Sequence record: NC_048178.1
DNA: 41,912 nt
Reading direction: 5' to 3' (one strand)
From: Escherichia phage Sortsne
The notes beneath the pieces were generated by a model. It did no database searches. It was not told where the DNA came from and saw only the letters and a program-made list of their open reading frames with translations. Positions 27,573 to 37,186 of this stretch are shown here, piece by piece; within the stretch, counting starts at the first letter, position 1, and each line of letters starts with the position of its first letter. A program made the translations under genes and the position numbers.

Positions 27573-28144
27573 TATTTTTTAGCCTTCGCTTTAGTGTCCA
27601 CTTTCTGGCCTTCGACTTTCTGGCCTTCTTTGGTGTCCGCCTTCTTGTCGTCAGCCTTCACCACTGCCGGGTCGTTCTTCTGCTCCGGCTCTTTGGTTTC
27701 CGGCTTAACGTCCACGTGGTCCGGCTGGTGCTCGCCCGCGATCACGGTTTCGCCTTCGTGGTGCTCCTTCTGGCCGTTCAGGCCCGCCTCGTCCGGGTTC
27801 GGGACGTCGGTCGCGTGTACCAGCTTACGCTCGCTCTCTGCCACTTCTACGGCGTCGATCTTCGCCTGCTGTTCGCGCTTGTCGATCTCGGCCTGAGTCT
27901 CGTCCTGTTCGCGCTTCTCGCGCTGCGCTTCCTTCTCTGCCGCTTCGGCGATCAGCTTGTCGAGTTCGGTCAGCTTTTCAGGATGATCCACCCAGAAGCC
28001 GGACGCAATTCGCTCTTGCGCTTCGTCCTCGTCGAAGATCGCATAGTGGGCCAGGAACGGGCCGCAACGGACAGCGGTCAGTCGGATCGCCTCGGTGATG
28101 ATGTTCGGGCGGGTATAAATCATTTGTTTGGTTTTACGGGACAT
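27572..28144 (-). CDS. hypothetical protein with Lys/Glu-rich low-complexity C-terminus
   Basis: 190 aa, GGAGAA RBS; lies between coat-gene terminator and gp4-like gene. Confidence 0.45.
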   Translation of the reverse strand: MSRKTKQMIYTRPNIITEAIRLTAVRCGPFLAHYAIFDEDEAQERIASGFWVDHPEKLTELDKLIAEAAEKEAQREKREQDETQAEIDKREQQAKIDAVEVAESERKLVHATDVPNPDEAGLNGQKEHHEGETVIAGEHQPDHVDVKPETKEPEQKNDPAVVKADDKKADTKEGQKVEGQKVDTKAKAKK

Positions 28145-28189
28145 TGTGACTTCTCCGGGTCGGTTGTTAACGGGTCAAGTATAAGCCAA

Positions 28190-28217
28190 AAAAAAGAGGC
28201 CACAAAGGCCCCTTTTC
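28190..28217 (-). terminator. intrinsic terminator after major capsid gene
   Basis: GC hairpin followed by U8 on minus strand directly downstream of coat stop codon. Confidence 0.6.
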
Positions 28218-28235
28218 TCATAGTGCGCGGCTCGC

Positions 28236-29498
28236 TTACGCGGGCTGCTTCGGTAATACCAGGCCCACATATTCCGGGACCAGTACAGTAGTACCGTACA
28301 GCGTGGTAAAACGAGCGGTACACGCGCCGCTGATATGGTTGAAGTCGTAGGACATGATCAGAGTCGCGCCCTGTTTGGTGGTGCTGCGCATCACCTTCGG
28401 CCCCATATCGGACGGGAACGCCAGATTACCCCACATCAATTCCACGGAGCCGTCGGCCCATGCCAGGTTAGCGTTAGCCGCGACTTTGTTGATCACGGTC
28501 AGCGCTGCGCCGGAGGCTGCGTTCGCGTCCACGTTGGAGTAAGGACGGGAAGCCAGATCCGCGTTATCCGGCGGGAGGATCTGCGGGGTGATCGTGATGT
28601 TGTTGCCGGACACTTCCAGGACGCGGAACGTCTGGAGGTAGTCGGTCGTGTCTTTGCTGATCTGGTGTACAGAGTGAACGCCCGCGATAGTGAAGGCGTC
28701 GCCCGCTTCCAGACCGTGACCAGCGGAGACAGCGATCACGCCCTGGCGGTTATCCACCGGGATATCGTTCGCGTTCTTCGATACGACCTTATGCGCCGGG
28801 GCGGCGGTAAGGGTGATCGCACCAGTCGGACCAGCGCCCAGACGCGGGGAGATATCGGTCTTGTAAGCGTCGAAGCTCGCAATATCCGGGATCTTCGCTT
28901 TTTCAAAGGCGGATTGGTTGATGCCGGAGCTATACGCGCGGCCAGCCAGTTCTCCCGCGATATCCTTATAGGAGAAGGCGTTCAGGAACGCGCGACGGCT
29001 AACGCCCGCCGGGATGCCGATCGAGGTCATGAGGGCGTCCAGTTCTGCGAAGCTGTTCCACAGATCTTTACCCAGCGTACCAGTCGAGTTATCGCCGACG
29101 GTCACGACGTTAGTCGCGTAACGGCCTGCGGTGTTGATCAGGTCGGAGTCGATCTTCGCTGCGATACGCTGCGCGGCTGCGCGGCCCATTTCTTTCATGT
29201 ACTCCGGGTTACGCATTTCGCGCGCGTCCAGAGTCCACAGGACGTTCTGAGGCTCTTTATAAGCGGACGGGACCAGACGCTCGACGATATCGGTCGGACG
29301 CTTACCAGTCAGATCCAGACCTTCCAGGAGGTCGGCGTGGTAACGCTGCGGGCGGTAAATTACATCGCCTGCGCGCTGCATGGTCTTATCTTCCGGGCGG
29401 AACTTCGCCGCGTTCTGGGAGACTACGCAAGAGGCGTCGAAGCTCTCCACGTACTCCTCGAACATGATTTCAATCGTTTTTACATGCTGGTTAGCCAT
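28236..29498 (-). CDS. major capsid (coat) protein
   Basis: 420 aa, position after scaffold as in P22, followed by an intrinsic terminator; size matches P22 coat. Confidence 0.75.
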   Translation of the reverse strand: MANQHVKTIEIMFEEYVESFDASCVVSQNAAKFRPEDKTMQRAGDVIYRPQRYHADLLEGLDLTGKRPTDIVERLVPSAYKEPQNVLWTLDAREMRNPEYMKEMGRAAAQRIAAKIDSDLINTAGRYATNVVTVGDNSTGTLGKDLWNSFAELDALMTSIGIPAGVSRRAFLNAFSYKDIAGELAGRAYSSGINQSAFEKAKIPDIASFDAYKTDISPRLGAGPTGAITLTAAPAHKVVSKNANDIPVDNRQGVIAVSAGHGLEAGDAFTIAGVHSVHQISKDTTDYLQTFRVLEVSGNNITITPQILPPDNADLASRPYSNVDANAASGAALTVINKVAANANLAWADGSVELMWGNLAFPSDMGPKVMRSTTKQGATLIMSYDFNHISGACTARFTTLYGTTVLVPEYVGLVLPKQPA

Positions 29499-29529
29499 GC
29501 TCTTTTCTCCACCGATGGATTAAAAATGG

Positions 29530-30477
29530 TTAGTCTTTTTTCAGCTTTTCTTTCATGGCGAAATAATCCGTCCAGTCCCCGGACTGCTGCGCCTTAGCGC
29601 GCGCTGCCTCAAGTTGGCCGATATTTTTCGCCCCGCCGCTTCCCTTAACTTTGGGCGCGCCGTTAACGTCCCGTTTCACCTTCGGCGCGGTCCCTGCTCG
29701 GCGATCGATATCGGCGATTAGGTAGCCCAGGCGAATATGGTCGCTAGTATAGGCTTCTTCGATCTCCTGTCGCAATTTTTCATTGCGGGCCAGTGCCATA
29801 ACGGTAAGCGTCGGTTTCTGGCTGTTCAGGAGTAAAGCGGCCTGTAACGGCTCCGGCAATTCTGCCACGATCTCCTCGGCTCGTTCATAGCCTGCGATCT
29901 TCTTGATCGCGGTCGCGCGTTCTTCCCGGTAGACCTTGCCCTTTTCTTCGAGTTTGGTCTGGAATACCTGCGCGCGCTGCTGCTGTTCCTGCTGGCGGGC
30001 TTCGATCTTGCCTTTCTGCTCGTGCCATTCGTCCAGCTTCTCCGCGAGTTTCTCCGGGTCCCAGTCGATCCCCTCGTCGCCTAACTGCGGCTTAGGAGGT
30101 ACTTCGAGCGGGAGCGGGCCGGATTGCTGCGGCTGCTGCTGGGTGGATTGCTTAAGAGCGCGTTTTTGCTCGCGGATCGTCGCGCGTAGGCGCTTCACCG
30201 TTTCGCTGTCTTGTTCCTGATCATCGTCGTCGGTGGCTGGAGCGGCCAGGGCCTCGCCGTCGAAGGTAAACTCCTCCTCGTCGTCCTCGCCTTCGTTACC
30301 TTCGCCGCCTTCGCTGCCTTCGCTGCCTTCGCCGTCGTTGTCGTCGGTGTCGGTGTCGGTGCTGCGGTCGGTGTCGGTGTCGTTGTCGCGGTCGTCGTCG
30401 TGGTTCTGGTTGTCCAGATCCGCGTCGGTGGTGGTTACTTCTTCGTTGTCGTTGCCTACGTCCTGATTTCCGAACAT
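29530..30477 (-). CDS. scaffolding protein
   Basis: 315 aa, highly acidic repetitive N-terminus (TDTDTD, EGSEGSEG), coiled-coil body, basic C-terminus; directly upstream of coat. Confidence 0.65.
   Translation of the reverse strand: MFGNQDVGNDNEEVTTTDADLDNQNHDDDRDNDTDTDRSTDTDTDDNDGEGSEGSEGGEGNEGEDDEEEFTFDGEALAAPATDDDDQEQDSETVKRLRATIREQKRALKQSTQQQPQQSGPLPLEVPPKPQLGDEGIDWDPEKLAEKLDEWHEQKGKIEARQQEQQQRAQVFQTKLEEKGKVYREERATAIKKIAGYERAEEIVAELPEPLQAALLLNSQKPTLTVMALARNEKLRQEIEEAYTSDHIRLGYLIADIDRRAGTAPKVKRDVNGAPKVKGSGGAKNIGQLEAARAKAQQSGDWTDYFAMKEKLKKD
30290..30420. repeat. intragenic short tandem repeats (CCTTCGCYG and GTCGGT units) in the scaffold gene
   Basis: Encodes the acidic EGSEGSEG / TDTDTD low-complexity tract. 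Confidence 0.5.
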
Positions 30478-30600
30478 GTATAGATCCTCTCTCGTTACGC
30501 GATGTATTCGCCCATCGGTGGCGCGAGTAAGTGTAAGCGAGGATCGGGGGGAATTGCAAACAGGGGAGATCGCGGTTAACGATCCCCCAGAGGTGGCGGG

Positions 30601-30990
30601 CTATTTCTTGTCTAACTGGTGTCTTAAGCGGGCGACTTCACCATACAAAATCCGAATGTGATCGGCGAAGAACTTCGACTCCTCTCCCGGCGTCACGTGG
30701 ATCGGGATCATGTAGTACGTCGCCCGGCCCTTCGCTGGCTCGTCCGGCGTCGGCTCCGTCACTTCCGCCTCGGAGTAGGCGATCCGGTACTCCGCGCCCT
30801 GCGGCGGGTTAGGCTTCCGGTCGCCCGGCTTCATTTCCTTGAGGTAGGCCAGATACTGCTCCATCTGCTCGTCCGTCGGGGCAAACTCCACAAAGCCATC
30901 GAGCGGATCGTGGAGCGGCTCGCCTTCGACCTCCCGGATCTGGCGGGCCATGACGCCGCCTAAAAAGTGGTAACGGTGGGTCATTTTCAT
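30601..30990 (-). CDS. hypothetical protein (portal-scaffold insertion, gene 3 of 3)
   Basis: Start refined to ATG at 30990 (ATGA overlap with upstream stop). Confidence 0.4.
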   Translation of the reverse strand: MKMTHRYHFLGGVMARQIREVEGEPLHDPLDGFVEFAPTDEQMEQYLAYLKEMKPGDRKPNPPQGAEYRIAYSEAEVTEPTPDEPAKGRATYYMIPIHVTPGEESKFFADHIRILYGEVARLRHQLDKK

Positions 30991-31403
30991 TTGTTGCGCG
31001 CTCCGATCATGGCTTGCCAGGTAAACACGACCGTATCGGAAAGAAGCTCGTCCACTCCCTCCTCCTCCATCTGCTCGTAAAGTCCATCGAGAGCGCCGGG
31101 GATCTGCTCCCATAGGGCTTTACGTCCGGCCTCGATCTGCTCCGCCGTCGGCTGGAGTTCCACCTCGATCGGGGCCGGAGCGACTTCGCCCGCCTTCACC
31201 TGCGGCTCCGCGTTGGTCATGAGGGCCTCGACCTGCATCGCCACGATAGCGATCGCCATGCCATACGCCGCCAGATCCTGCTCGGTCGGCTGCTGAATGA
31301 AACGGCCAGCCAGTCGGGCCTCGTGCTGCTTCACCAGCGCCTCGATCCCCATTTCTTCGGCCTGGGCCAGCATGATCGCGCGCATTGCTTTTGCTTCGTT
31401 CAT
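30987..31403 (-). CDS. hypothetical acidic protein (portal-scaffold insertion, gene 2 of 3)
   Basis: 138-aa ORF preceded by GGCCCC-CACA-GGGGCC hairpin and CCAACCAACGAGAGAGAC leader. Confidence 0.45.
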   Translation of the reverse strand: MNEAKAMRAIMLAQAEEMGIEALVKQHEARLAGRFIQQPTEQDLAAYGMAIAIVAMQVEALMTNAEPQVKAGEVAPAPIEVELQPTAEQIEAGRKALWEQIPGALDGLYEQMEEEGVDELLSDTVVFTWQAMIGARNK

Positions 31404-31453
31404 CGTTTTGTCTCTCTCGTTGGTTGGTTAGGCCCCCACAGGGGCCGGGTTAG

Positions 31454-31897
31454 TTATGCGTGGCCTTGCGGCTGCGCGCCCAGAAGGTCGAGCGTCGGCT
31501 GGATATCTTCCTCCGCTGCCGGGTGCGGGATATGGAGGCCGGGGGACTGTTTGCCCGCCTTGAGGTGGGTCATAACGGCGTCCCAGATTGCCACGACGTC
31601 GGCCAGCGCGTAGTCCGCCAGGATCTTCTCGTGGATGGCCTGAGCGCCGTCCTCGTTGTTGAACTCCAGGACCTGCTCGACGGTCGGCATGGTGTTGTTA
31701 AAGCGCTGCATCACGCGGGCCATTACAACCGTCCCCACGCCGCGAGATAAAAACACGTTGCCGTCGTCGTGGGACAGCATCACCGCGATCTCCGGCTCGT
31801 CTGTCTCCGGGTGGTGCGCCAGGGCCAGCGTCAGGAGGCCACCGCGTGGGCCGTGTTCGAATACGCGGGCGGATTTGGTGGTGGTGATCTCTTTCAT
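31454..31897 (-). CDS. hypothetical protein (portal-scaffold insertion, gene 1 of 3)
   Basis: 147-aa ORF with ACGGAG RBS. Confidence 0.45.
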   Translation of the reverse strand: MKEITTTKSARVFEHGPRGGLLTLALAHHPETDEPEIAVMLSHDDGNVFLSRGVGTVVMARVMQRFNNTMPTVEQVLEFNNEDGAQAIHEKILADYALADVVAIWDAVMTHLKAGKQSPGLHIPHPAAEEDIQPTLDLLGAQPQGHA

Positions 31898-31937
31898 CTT
31901 GTGCTCCGTTGTTTATCACTGTTTCGTTGTTTCTTGT

Positions 31938-31956
31938 GACAAAGAATAGCCCGGAC
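31938..31956 (-). terminator. hairpin after portal gene (attenuator or processing site)
   Basis: AGCCCGG-CAAGT-CCGGGCT followed by AUUCUUU on minus strand. Confidence 0.3.
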
Positions 31957-31997
31957 TTGCCGGGCTGTAAAGTGGTTTTTTAACGAAAGTGATATTT

Positions 31998-34232
31998 TTA
32001 TTGGGCGGCGTTGTCCAGCGTCCGATCGGCCTGCTGCTGCGCCTGGCGTTCTGCCAGTTCGCGGGCGGCGTTGTCGTTCTGCTGCTGGTGTCCCTGGCCC
32101 ACGGAGCGGAGGAACAGGTCCGCCTGTTTGTGGGCGTCGTCCTTCTCCGCCGTGACGTACTTTTGCAGGATGGCGATCGCGGACAATAGCTGTTCCTGCG
32201 GGATCGCTGCGGCTTCGGCCATCGTTTTGACGGTCTGGGCCTGCTTAAGCTGCGCGCCGCTGCTGGAGTCCTGCGCCTTGAGTTGCAGTTCTGCGCGCTT
32301 GTTCTCCTGCTCCATCACTGCCGCCTGCCCCTGGGCCGCTACGCCCTGCGCTGCGATCATCTGCGGGTCCGGCTGCTGCTGTTGCGCCTGCTGGGCCTGC
32401 TCGACCATCGCCTTTTCCTCGTCCGTCTGAGGCTGCACGATGCCAGAGAGGAGCATCTGTTTACGGCTGTACTCTTTGAAGTCCTGCAAGCCTTCGCCGT
32501 CCATGTTCGCAATGATCAGCGACATGACGATCGCCGCGTTCGGGTCGTTCGGGGCCATCGTGGCGAGGAGGTTCGTCAGACTGCGGACCGTTGCCTGGCG
32601 CTTCGTCTGGGAGGACTCGCCAACGTCGGCGACAACCTCATATTTTCCGCGCTTGAGGTCGTTAATCGCGATCGCCTCTTTGGTGGTGCGGTCGATCACT
32701 TTCCCGGTCATTAACACGAGGTCGTCGGTCCCGTCCTCGTTCTCGATCCTCACGTAGTTCTCGGAGCCGTAGACCTTGCGGGCGGCGGAGAGGTAGACGC
32801 GGCCACAGTGGCGGAGGGTTTTCGCCAGGTTGTCCATATAGAGCGCGCCCTGGCCGTCCATGCGGGCGAAAATTGCCTCCACGGTTTCGGTCGCCAGGTT
32901 CGACGGGAGCGCCTCAAGCTGGGAGGAGCCGACGATCTGCTGGATGGTCCCGCCCGTGTACTGTAGGACCGCTGCCAGCGCCGGAGAAAGCGGCGTTGAT
33001 GGCGTGTACCCTAACGGGCCAGCCTGCGCCACGACCTCACCAGAAGCGTTACGGAGCGATTTAGCGGGCAAGTATGCCGGGCGGTTCGTGTTACGTTCCC
33101 CCCAGGCGTCCGCCAGCTTGCCGGGAATCATATCAATATCCATGATCGGGATATTGTCGCCGCCTGCCTGCGCTGCCTGGTCGGCCATCATGGACACGAT
33201 CAGGTTTTCCAGTCGCTGGGCGTCCATTGCGAGGGTGGCGTGGCCCATTACGCGCTCCTGGTTGTCGATAAACGAGCGGCGCGCGTTGAAGATAAAGACC
33301 GGAATCCAGTCGAACGGGATCAGCTTCGGCTCCTCGATCCACTCTCCGCCGGAGAACAGCCCGCAATAAACCTTACGGCGCTTAACCTTACGGCTCTTGA
33401 GTTTCTTCCAGCCTGCGGCCTTTAGCTCGTCCTCGATCAGATCGATATCGTCCTCGTCGTAGACCTCCGTCTCCCCGGTGAGTGGGTTCTTATAGGAGAT
33501 CACGGTGGTGTCCTCGATCTTCACCTCGTACCAGCGGGCGATATAGATCGCGTCCTTCGTGGCCCAGTCGAAATTTTTCCCGGTGTTGAGTTCCATCAGG
33601 TCCTCCGGGAGCATCGCGTCCGGGTACTCCTCCTCGTACTTGTCCGGGGTCATGCTGAATAGCTCGGCCATCCACATGGCATCCGAACGATCGTACATTT
33701 TGGAGTCGGGATCGACGAACAGGCACGAGGCCGGATCATAGATCGGGTAAAACGTGATATGCCGCTCCTCGTTGTCCGGGTCGAATTGGTCCTCCAGTTC
33801 GGTGTCCATGCGAAACGCGCCCATCCCGCCGTCGATCCCGTCGCCGTAGGTGTTATCGACGGACTCCGGCCCGTTGCTCTCGTTGTAGTCGGCGCGGAAT
33901 TTGCCGTTTAGCTTGTCGGCTAACTCCTCGCTGGCCTTGTCGTCCTTCGGACGGAATACCACGGAGACACGGTTCAGACGGTAGTCGGCGATCAGGCGGT
34001 CACACTCTCGCGCTACTTTGTTAAGCTCGAATCGAGGGTATTTCTCAAAGCGATCATCATCCATGCGAAAGCCGCTGTTAGTGCTGCCTTCCCACTGCGC
34101 GCCCGGTACGCGGACAAAGCGCTGGGTTTCGATAATCTTCTTGCGGCTCTGCTCCTCGCTGCTGATCGACTGGCTGAGGCGCTTACGTGCGCTCTCGTGC
34201 CAGTTCTGGGCCGACTTCGTTACTCGTGCCAT
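31998..34232 (-). CDS. portal protein (P22 gp1-like) with Gln-rich C-terminal barrel
   Basis: 744 aa, size and position as in P22-like phages; long Q/A-rich helical C-terminus. Confidence 0.85.
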   Translation of the reverse strand: MARVTKSAQNWHESARKRLSQSISSEEQSRKKIIETQRFVRVPGAQWEGSTNSGFRMDDDRFEKYPRFELNKVARECDRLIADYRLNRVSVVFRPKDDKASEELADKLNGKFRADYNESNGPESVDNTYGDGIDGGMGAFRMDTELEDQFDPDNEERHITFYPIYDPASCLFVDPDSKMYDRSDAMWMAELFSMTPDKYEEEYPDAMLPEDLMELNTGKNFDWATKDAIYIARWYEVKIEDTTVISYKNPLTGETEVYDEDDIDLIEDELKAAGWKKLKSRKVKRRKVYCGLFSGGEWIEEPKLIPFDWIPVFIFNARRSFIDNQERVMGHATLAMDAQRLENLIVSMMADQAAQAGGDNIPIMDIDMIPGKLADAWGERNTNRPAYLPAKSLRNASGEVVAQAGPLGYTPSTPLSPALAAVLQYTGGTIQQIVGSSQLEALPSNLATETVEAIFARMDGQGALYMDNLAKTLRHCGRVYLSAARKVYGSENYVRIENEDGTDDLVLMTGKVIDRTTKEAIAINDLKRGKYEVVADVGESSQTKRQATVRSLTNLLATMAPNDPNAAIVMSLIIANMDGEGLQDFKEYSRKQMLLSGIVQPQTDEEKAMVEQAQQAQQQQPDPQMIAAQGVAAQGQAAVMEQENKRAELQLKAQDSSSGAQLKQAQTVKTMAEAAAIPQEQLLSAIAILQKYVTAEKDDAHKQADLFLRSVGQGHQQQNDNAARELAERQAQQQADRTLDNAAQ

Positions 34233-34247
34233 GTTCTTCTCCGTGGG

Positions 34248-35870
34248 TTAGCGGTTGCTCGGCACATTATAGCCGTTGTAATCGTCATTTTTCACGCGCT
34301 CCGGCGGCTGCATCAACATGCAAAGCACGTCGGCCATGCCAGGCGATTTCATTTTTAACTTGGTGCGCATCTGCGGCTTAGGCATACGCTGGAATTTCCC
34401 CTCCGTGTTGTAAACGCGGGGAATACGGCATACCTCGGCGCGTAGCTTCTGCATATGCTCCCCGATCCCCTCGCTGGAGAGGCTGATCAGCTCGTCCGGG
34501 TTCACGTACTCGCCGTGGACCACGGCCCGGTAAGTCTTTTCAAAGCGGCGGCGTAACAGGTAGATATCCTGGGAGCCTCGGTTCTTAAAAGCGTTCTGAT
34601 TTTTCAGAAGGTTGTCGCCTTCGGTCTTGTTATTTAGCCACGTATCAAGCTCCACCAGCCCGTCCGGCTGGTTCACGCCATCCCCGGCGTTATACCCCGA
34701 CACGAGGGTGTTAGTCGAGGCGTAAGCGTCGGTGATCTGGCGGCGGAGGCCAGCGCCCAGCCCTGCCCGGTCCCAGATAAACGCCTCCACGCCGTGATCC
34801 TTCGCCGTGTTCACGGCCTTGTCCGCTGCGTCGTTGGCGTCGCCTTCGAACCACTCCTCCATCCACGTGACCACGGAGCCGTAACGCTCGCCGTATGCCT
34901 TGTTATCCGCCCCGACGTCCGCCGGGTCGAGTGCGCCGATCCTCATGCCGGACGGCTTAAAGCCTAATTTCACATGAGCGTCGATCGCCGCGTCGAACCA
35001 CTCCGCCGGGATAATGGCATCCGGTACGCTGTCGTTAAAATGCCCTTCCCACACGTGATCGAACAGCGCGCGGGAGAGGGTTTTCCGGTCGAACTCCATT
35101 TCCGCCCGGAGTTCTGGGGGAAACCACGGATTATCCGACCAGTTAACGCGGATCACGAGGTGGAGATCGTCCTCGTAGATGCCGTCACGAAGGAGATCCT
35201 CCCAGAATGGATTGATAAATCGCTTCGAAAACGCATCCTCTGAGGAGCCGGGGTTCGCGGTGAATAGCATCATGCCGCCGGATTCGCGCATGGTCGGCGT
35301 TAGCTGGCGGATCGACTCCTCGGAAAAGGTCTGCGCCTCCTCACCCCAGAATCGACGATAACCGAACGCGGATTTAACCCCGGCGGGGTCGCGGGCCATC
35401 CCTTTAAAGCGGATGATCGCGCCGTTCTCGTGTCGGATCTCCTTCTCCAGTACCTCGAAGCCGTCCAGGTTCGACGCCTCGATCCGGTTGACGAGTAGCG
35501 GGTGTACGGAGTCCTTGATCGATGCCTGGTACTCACGAAGGCACAGGGCGCTCGTCGCCTCGTCGTGGGCGTCCGCGTCGATGATTGCGCCGACGGTGAG
35601 CGACTTCCCGGAGCCTCGGCCACCGACCAGGATCACAAAGCGCTTAGGCCGTAACAGGATCGGGGTCAGGACCTCCGCGATCGTCAGGTCGTGCGGGTCG
35701 CTGGTGTATACCCACTCGCCGTTAACCTTCTTCATGTTGTAGCAGTGGGCCGCACTGGTCCCATCCGGGCGGTAGACGCCGTAAACCAGCCCGCCCTCCT
35801 TCGCCTTATAGCGGAGTTGCGCCTCCAGTCGTGCGAGGCGCTCCAGCGCCTCCTTACGATTTCTTGCCAT
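34248..35870 (-). CDS. terminase large subunit
   Basis: Walker A VGGRGSGKS near N-terminus; C-terminal acidic RNase H-like nuclease region; upstream of portal. Confidence 0.85.
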   Translation of the reverse strand: MARNRKEALERLARLEAQLRYKAKEGGLVYGVYRPDGTSAAHCYNMKKVNGEWVYTSDPHDLTIAEVLTPILLRPKRFVILVGGRGSGKSLTVGAIIDADAHDEATSALCLREYQASIKDSVHPLLVNRIEASNLDGFEVLEKEIRHENGAIIRFKGMARDPAGVKSAFGYRRFWGEEAQTFSEESIRQLTPTMRESGGMMLFTANPGSSEDAFSKRFINPFWEDLLRDGIYEDDLHLVIRVNWSDNPWFPPELRAEMEFDRKTLSRALFDHVWEGHFNDSVPDAIIPAEWFDAAIDAHVKLGFKPSGMRIGALDPADVGADNKAYGERYGSVVTWMEEWFEGDANDAADKAVNTAKDHGVEAFIWDRAGLGAGLRRQITDAYASTNTLVSGYNAGDGVNQPDGLVELDTWLNNKTEGDNLLKNQNAFKNRGSQDIYLLRRRFEKTYRAVVHGEYVNPDELISLSSEGIGEHMQKLRAEVCRIPRVYNTEGKFQRMPKPQMRTKLKMKSPGMADVLCMLMQPPERVKNDDYNGYNVPSNR

Positions 35871-36276
35871 AGCCCAGATCCTTAAACGTCGCCTCGCACA
35901 AGTTGAACAGGGAGCCGACCAGATACGCCTCCGGCTCGTCGTTGTTCGGGTCCCACTCGATCCCCAGCGTGTCGCCGATGTAGTTCTTTGCGTGGATCAC
36001 CTCGTGGGCGATGGTCGTCCGCCAGTACGGCCCGCGACGGATGCCGATAAATACCAGTTTAACGTCGGCGGCGTGGTACTCGATCGCCGCGCCCTGCTGG
36101 ACAGGCTTCTCCCTGTTCCAATCCGGGAAGCATTCGCCCAGCTTCCCCACCATAGCCTCGTCTGCCGGGTCAAAGCACACGATAAAGTAAGGGTAAGGGG
36201 ACGCCGTGAACCATTTCAGGCCCAGCGCCTCCAGTCGTCCGTAAGTGTCCGGCGGTAACTTATTTTTTCGAGTCAT
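35854..36276 (-). CDS. small HExxH-motif protein (putative zinc metallopeptidase-like) between terminase genes
   Basis: 140 aa; TIAHEVIHAKNY contains HEVIH with acidic residues downstream; overlaps both neighbours by 17 nt. Confidence 0.45.
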   Translation of the reverse strand: MTRKNKLPPDTYGRLEALGLKWFTASPYPYFIVCFDPADEAMVGKLGECFPDWNREKPVQQGAAIEYHAADVKLVFIGIRRGPYWRTTIAHEVIHAKNYIGDTLGIEWDPNNDEPEAYLVGSLFNLCEATFKDLGYGKKS

Positions 36277-36805
36277 GGAGGAGTTGCTCCAGCGTTGCGA
36301 TACGTTCCAGGAGGTCGGACAGTTCGGCCACTTCTGCGCCGTGTCGGATCATCTTCACGAGGACCTCGGCGGCGTCGAACGGGATCACCCCGTCGGCCAC
36401 GTGCTGGGTTAGCTCGTCGATACGGTCGGCGGCGGTCGTGCCTTTGAGTTCGAATTGATAGATCGGCGCGGTCGGCTTCACGTAGGGGATAAGACGGCCC
36501 AGGATATCGCGCATCATGGCCGGGTCATAGAGGGACATTTCGATCGCGCGCTGGATGTATAGCTCCTCGGTAAGCGGGATCTCCACCATTTCGTCCTCCA
36601 TGATCGGGCGGTCGTTCTCGTCCAGCATGACCTCGCCCGTCTTGGGGTTGACCTTTTCGATCTTCTCCCCGGTGCGCTCCTTCATTTTCACCTTGCGGAG
36701 AGCCTCCAGCAAGATCGTGCGGAATTGCTTCTCCCTGCCACGGCGGGCGGGCTGGTTCTCCGCGCTAAACTTCTTGCCCTTCTTAAGATTCTGCTCGTTC
36801 GCCAT
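36260..36805 (-). CDS. putative terminase small subunit
   Basis: 181 aa with basic N-terminus (NLKKGKKFSAENQPARRGREK) and helical remainder; by position; identity uncertain. Confidence 0.4.
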   Translation of the reverse strand: MANEQNLKKGKKFSAENQPARRGREKQFRTILLEALRKVKMKERTGEKIEKVNPKTGEVMLDENDRPIMEDEMVEIPLTEELYIQRAIEMSLYDPAMMRDILGRLIPYVKPTAPIYQFELKGTTAADRIDELTQHVADGVIPFDAAEVLVKMIRHGAEVAELSDLLERIATLEQLLHDSKK

Positions 36806-36806
36806 G

Positions 36807-36858
36807 ATAAAAAAAATCCTCCGGTTGGCCTGAATTGTTCCAGGTGTTGCGGAGGATT
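36807..36858 (-). terminator. intrinsic terminator-like hairpin plus U8 tract immediately upstream of terS start
   Basis: 9-bp stem AATCCTCCG/CGGAGGATT, 26-nt loop, then TTTTTTTT on the minus strand, overlapping the terS RBS. Confidence 0.4.
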
Positions 36859-36862
36859 GTCG

Positions 36863-36891
36863 TTTATACCGGGGCCGTGATCAAGTCCACG
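36863..36891 (-). promoter_or_regulatory. candidate late promoter (-10 TATAAA, weak -35) just upstream of terminator and terS
   Basis: Minus-strand TGGACT-N15-TATAAA; would give a short hairpin-plus-U8 transcript unless antiterminated. Confidence 0.25.
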
Positions 36892-37186
36892 GCGATCCCT
36901 TGCCGGGGGAGAGGTCCGGGCATAGGTGCATATTCTCCGGGGTGATAGGCCAGGGGCTAACCGGGTGACGGTACGCCAGGGAGTCGGCCTTCTTGGCGAT
37001 GTACCCCCGGACCTTCCCGCCGCCGCGCTGGCTGCTGTATGCCGCACAGATCACGCACGAGCCGTTAGTGGTGTATCGAGTGAAGTTGCCGGGGTGCTCC
37101 TTGCACTCCCCGCCGTGGTACGTCTTGCGCTTGAGGAGAAGGGCCTCCGCCCTGCTCCGCGCCACTGAGCGCTCTTTCGTCTCCAT
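36881..37186 (-). CDS. hypothetical Cys/His-containing protein (candidate late regulator)
   Basis: 101-aa ORF coupled to upstream gene (TGATG); 3' end overlaps a promoter-like -10 and precedes a terminator; coding status uncertain. Confidence 0.3.
   Translation of the reverse strand: METKERSVARSRAEALLLKRKTYHGGECKEHPGNFTRYTTNGSCVICAAYSSQRGGGKVRGYIAKKADSLAYRHPVSPWPITPENMHLCPDLSPGKGSPWT

Noticed and set aside
28335-29597. 420-aa plus-strand ORF antisense to the coat gene
   Set aside because: Arg-rich, no motifs, mirrors the coat gene length exactly; antisense artefact
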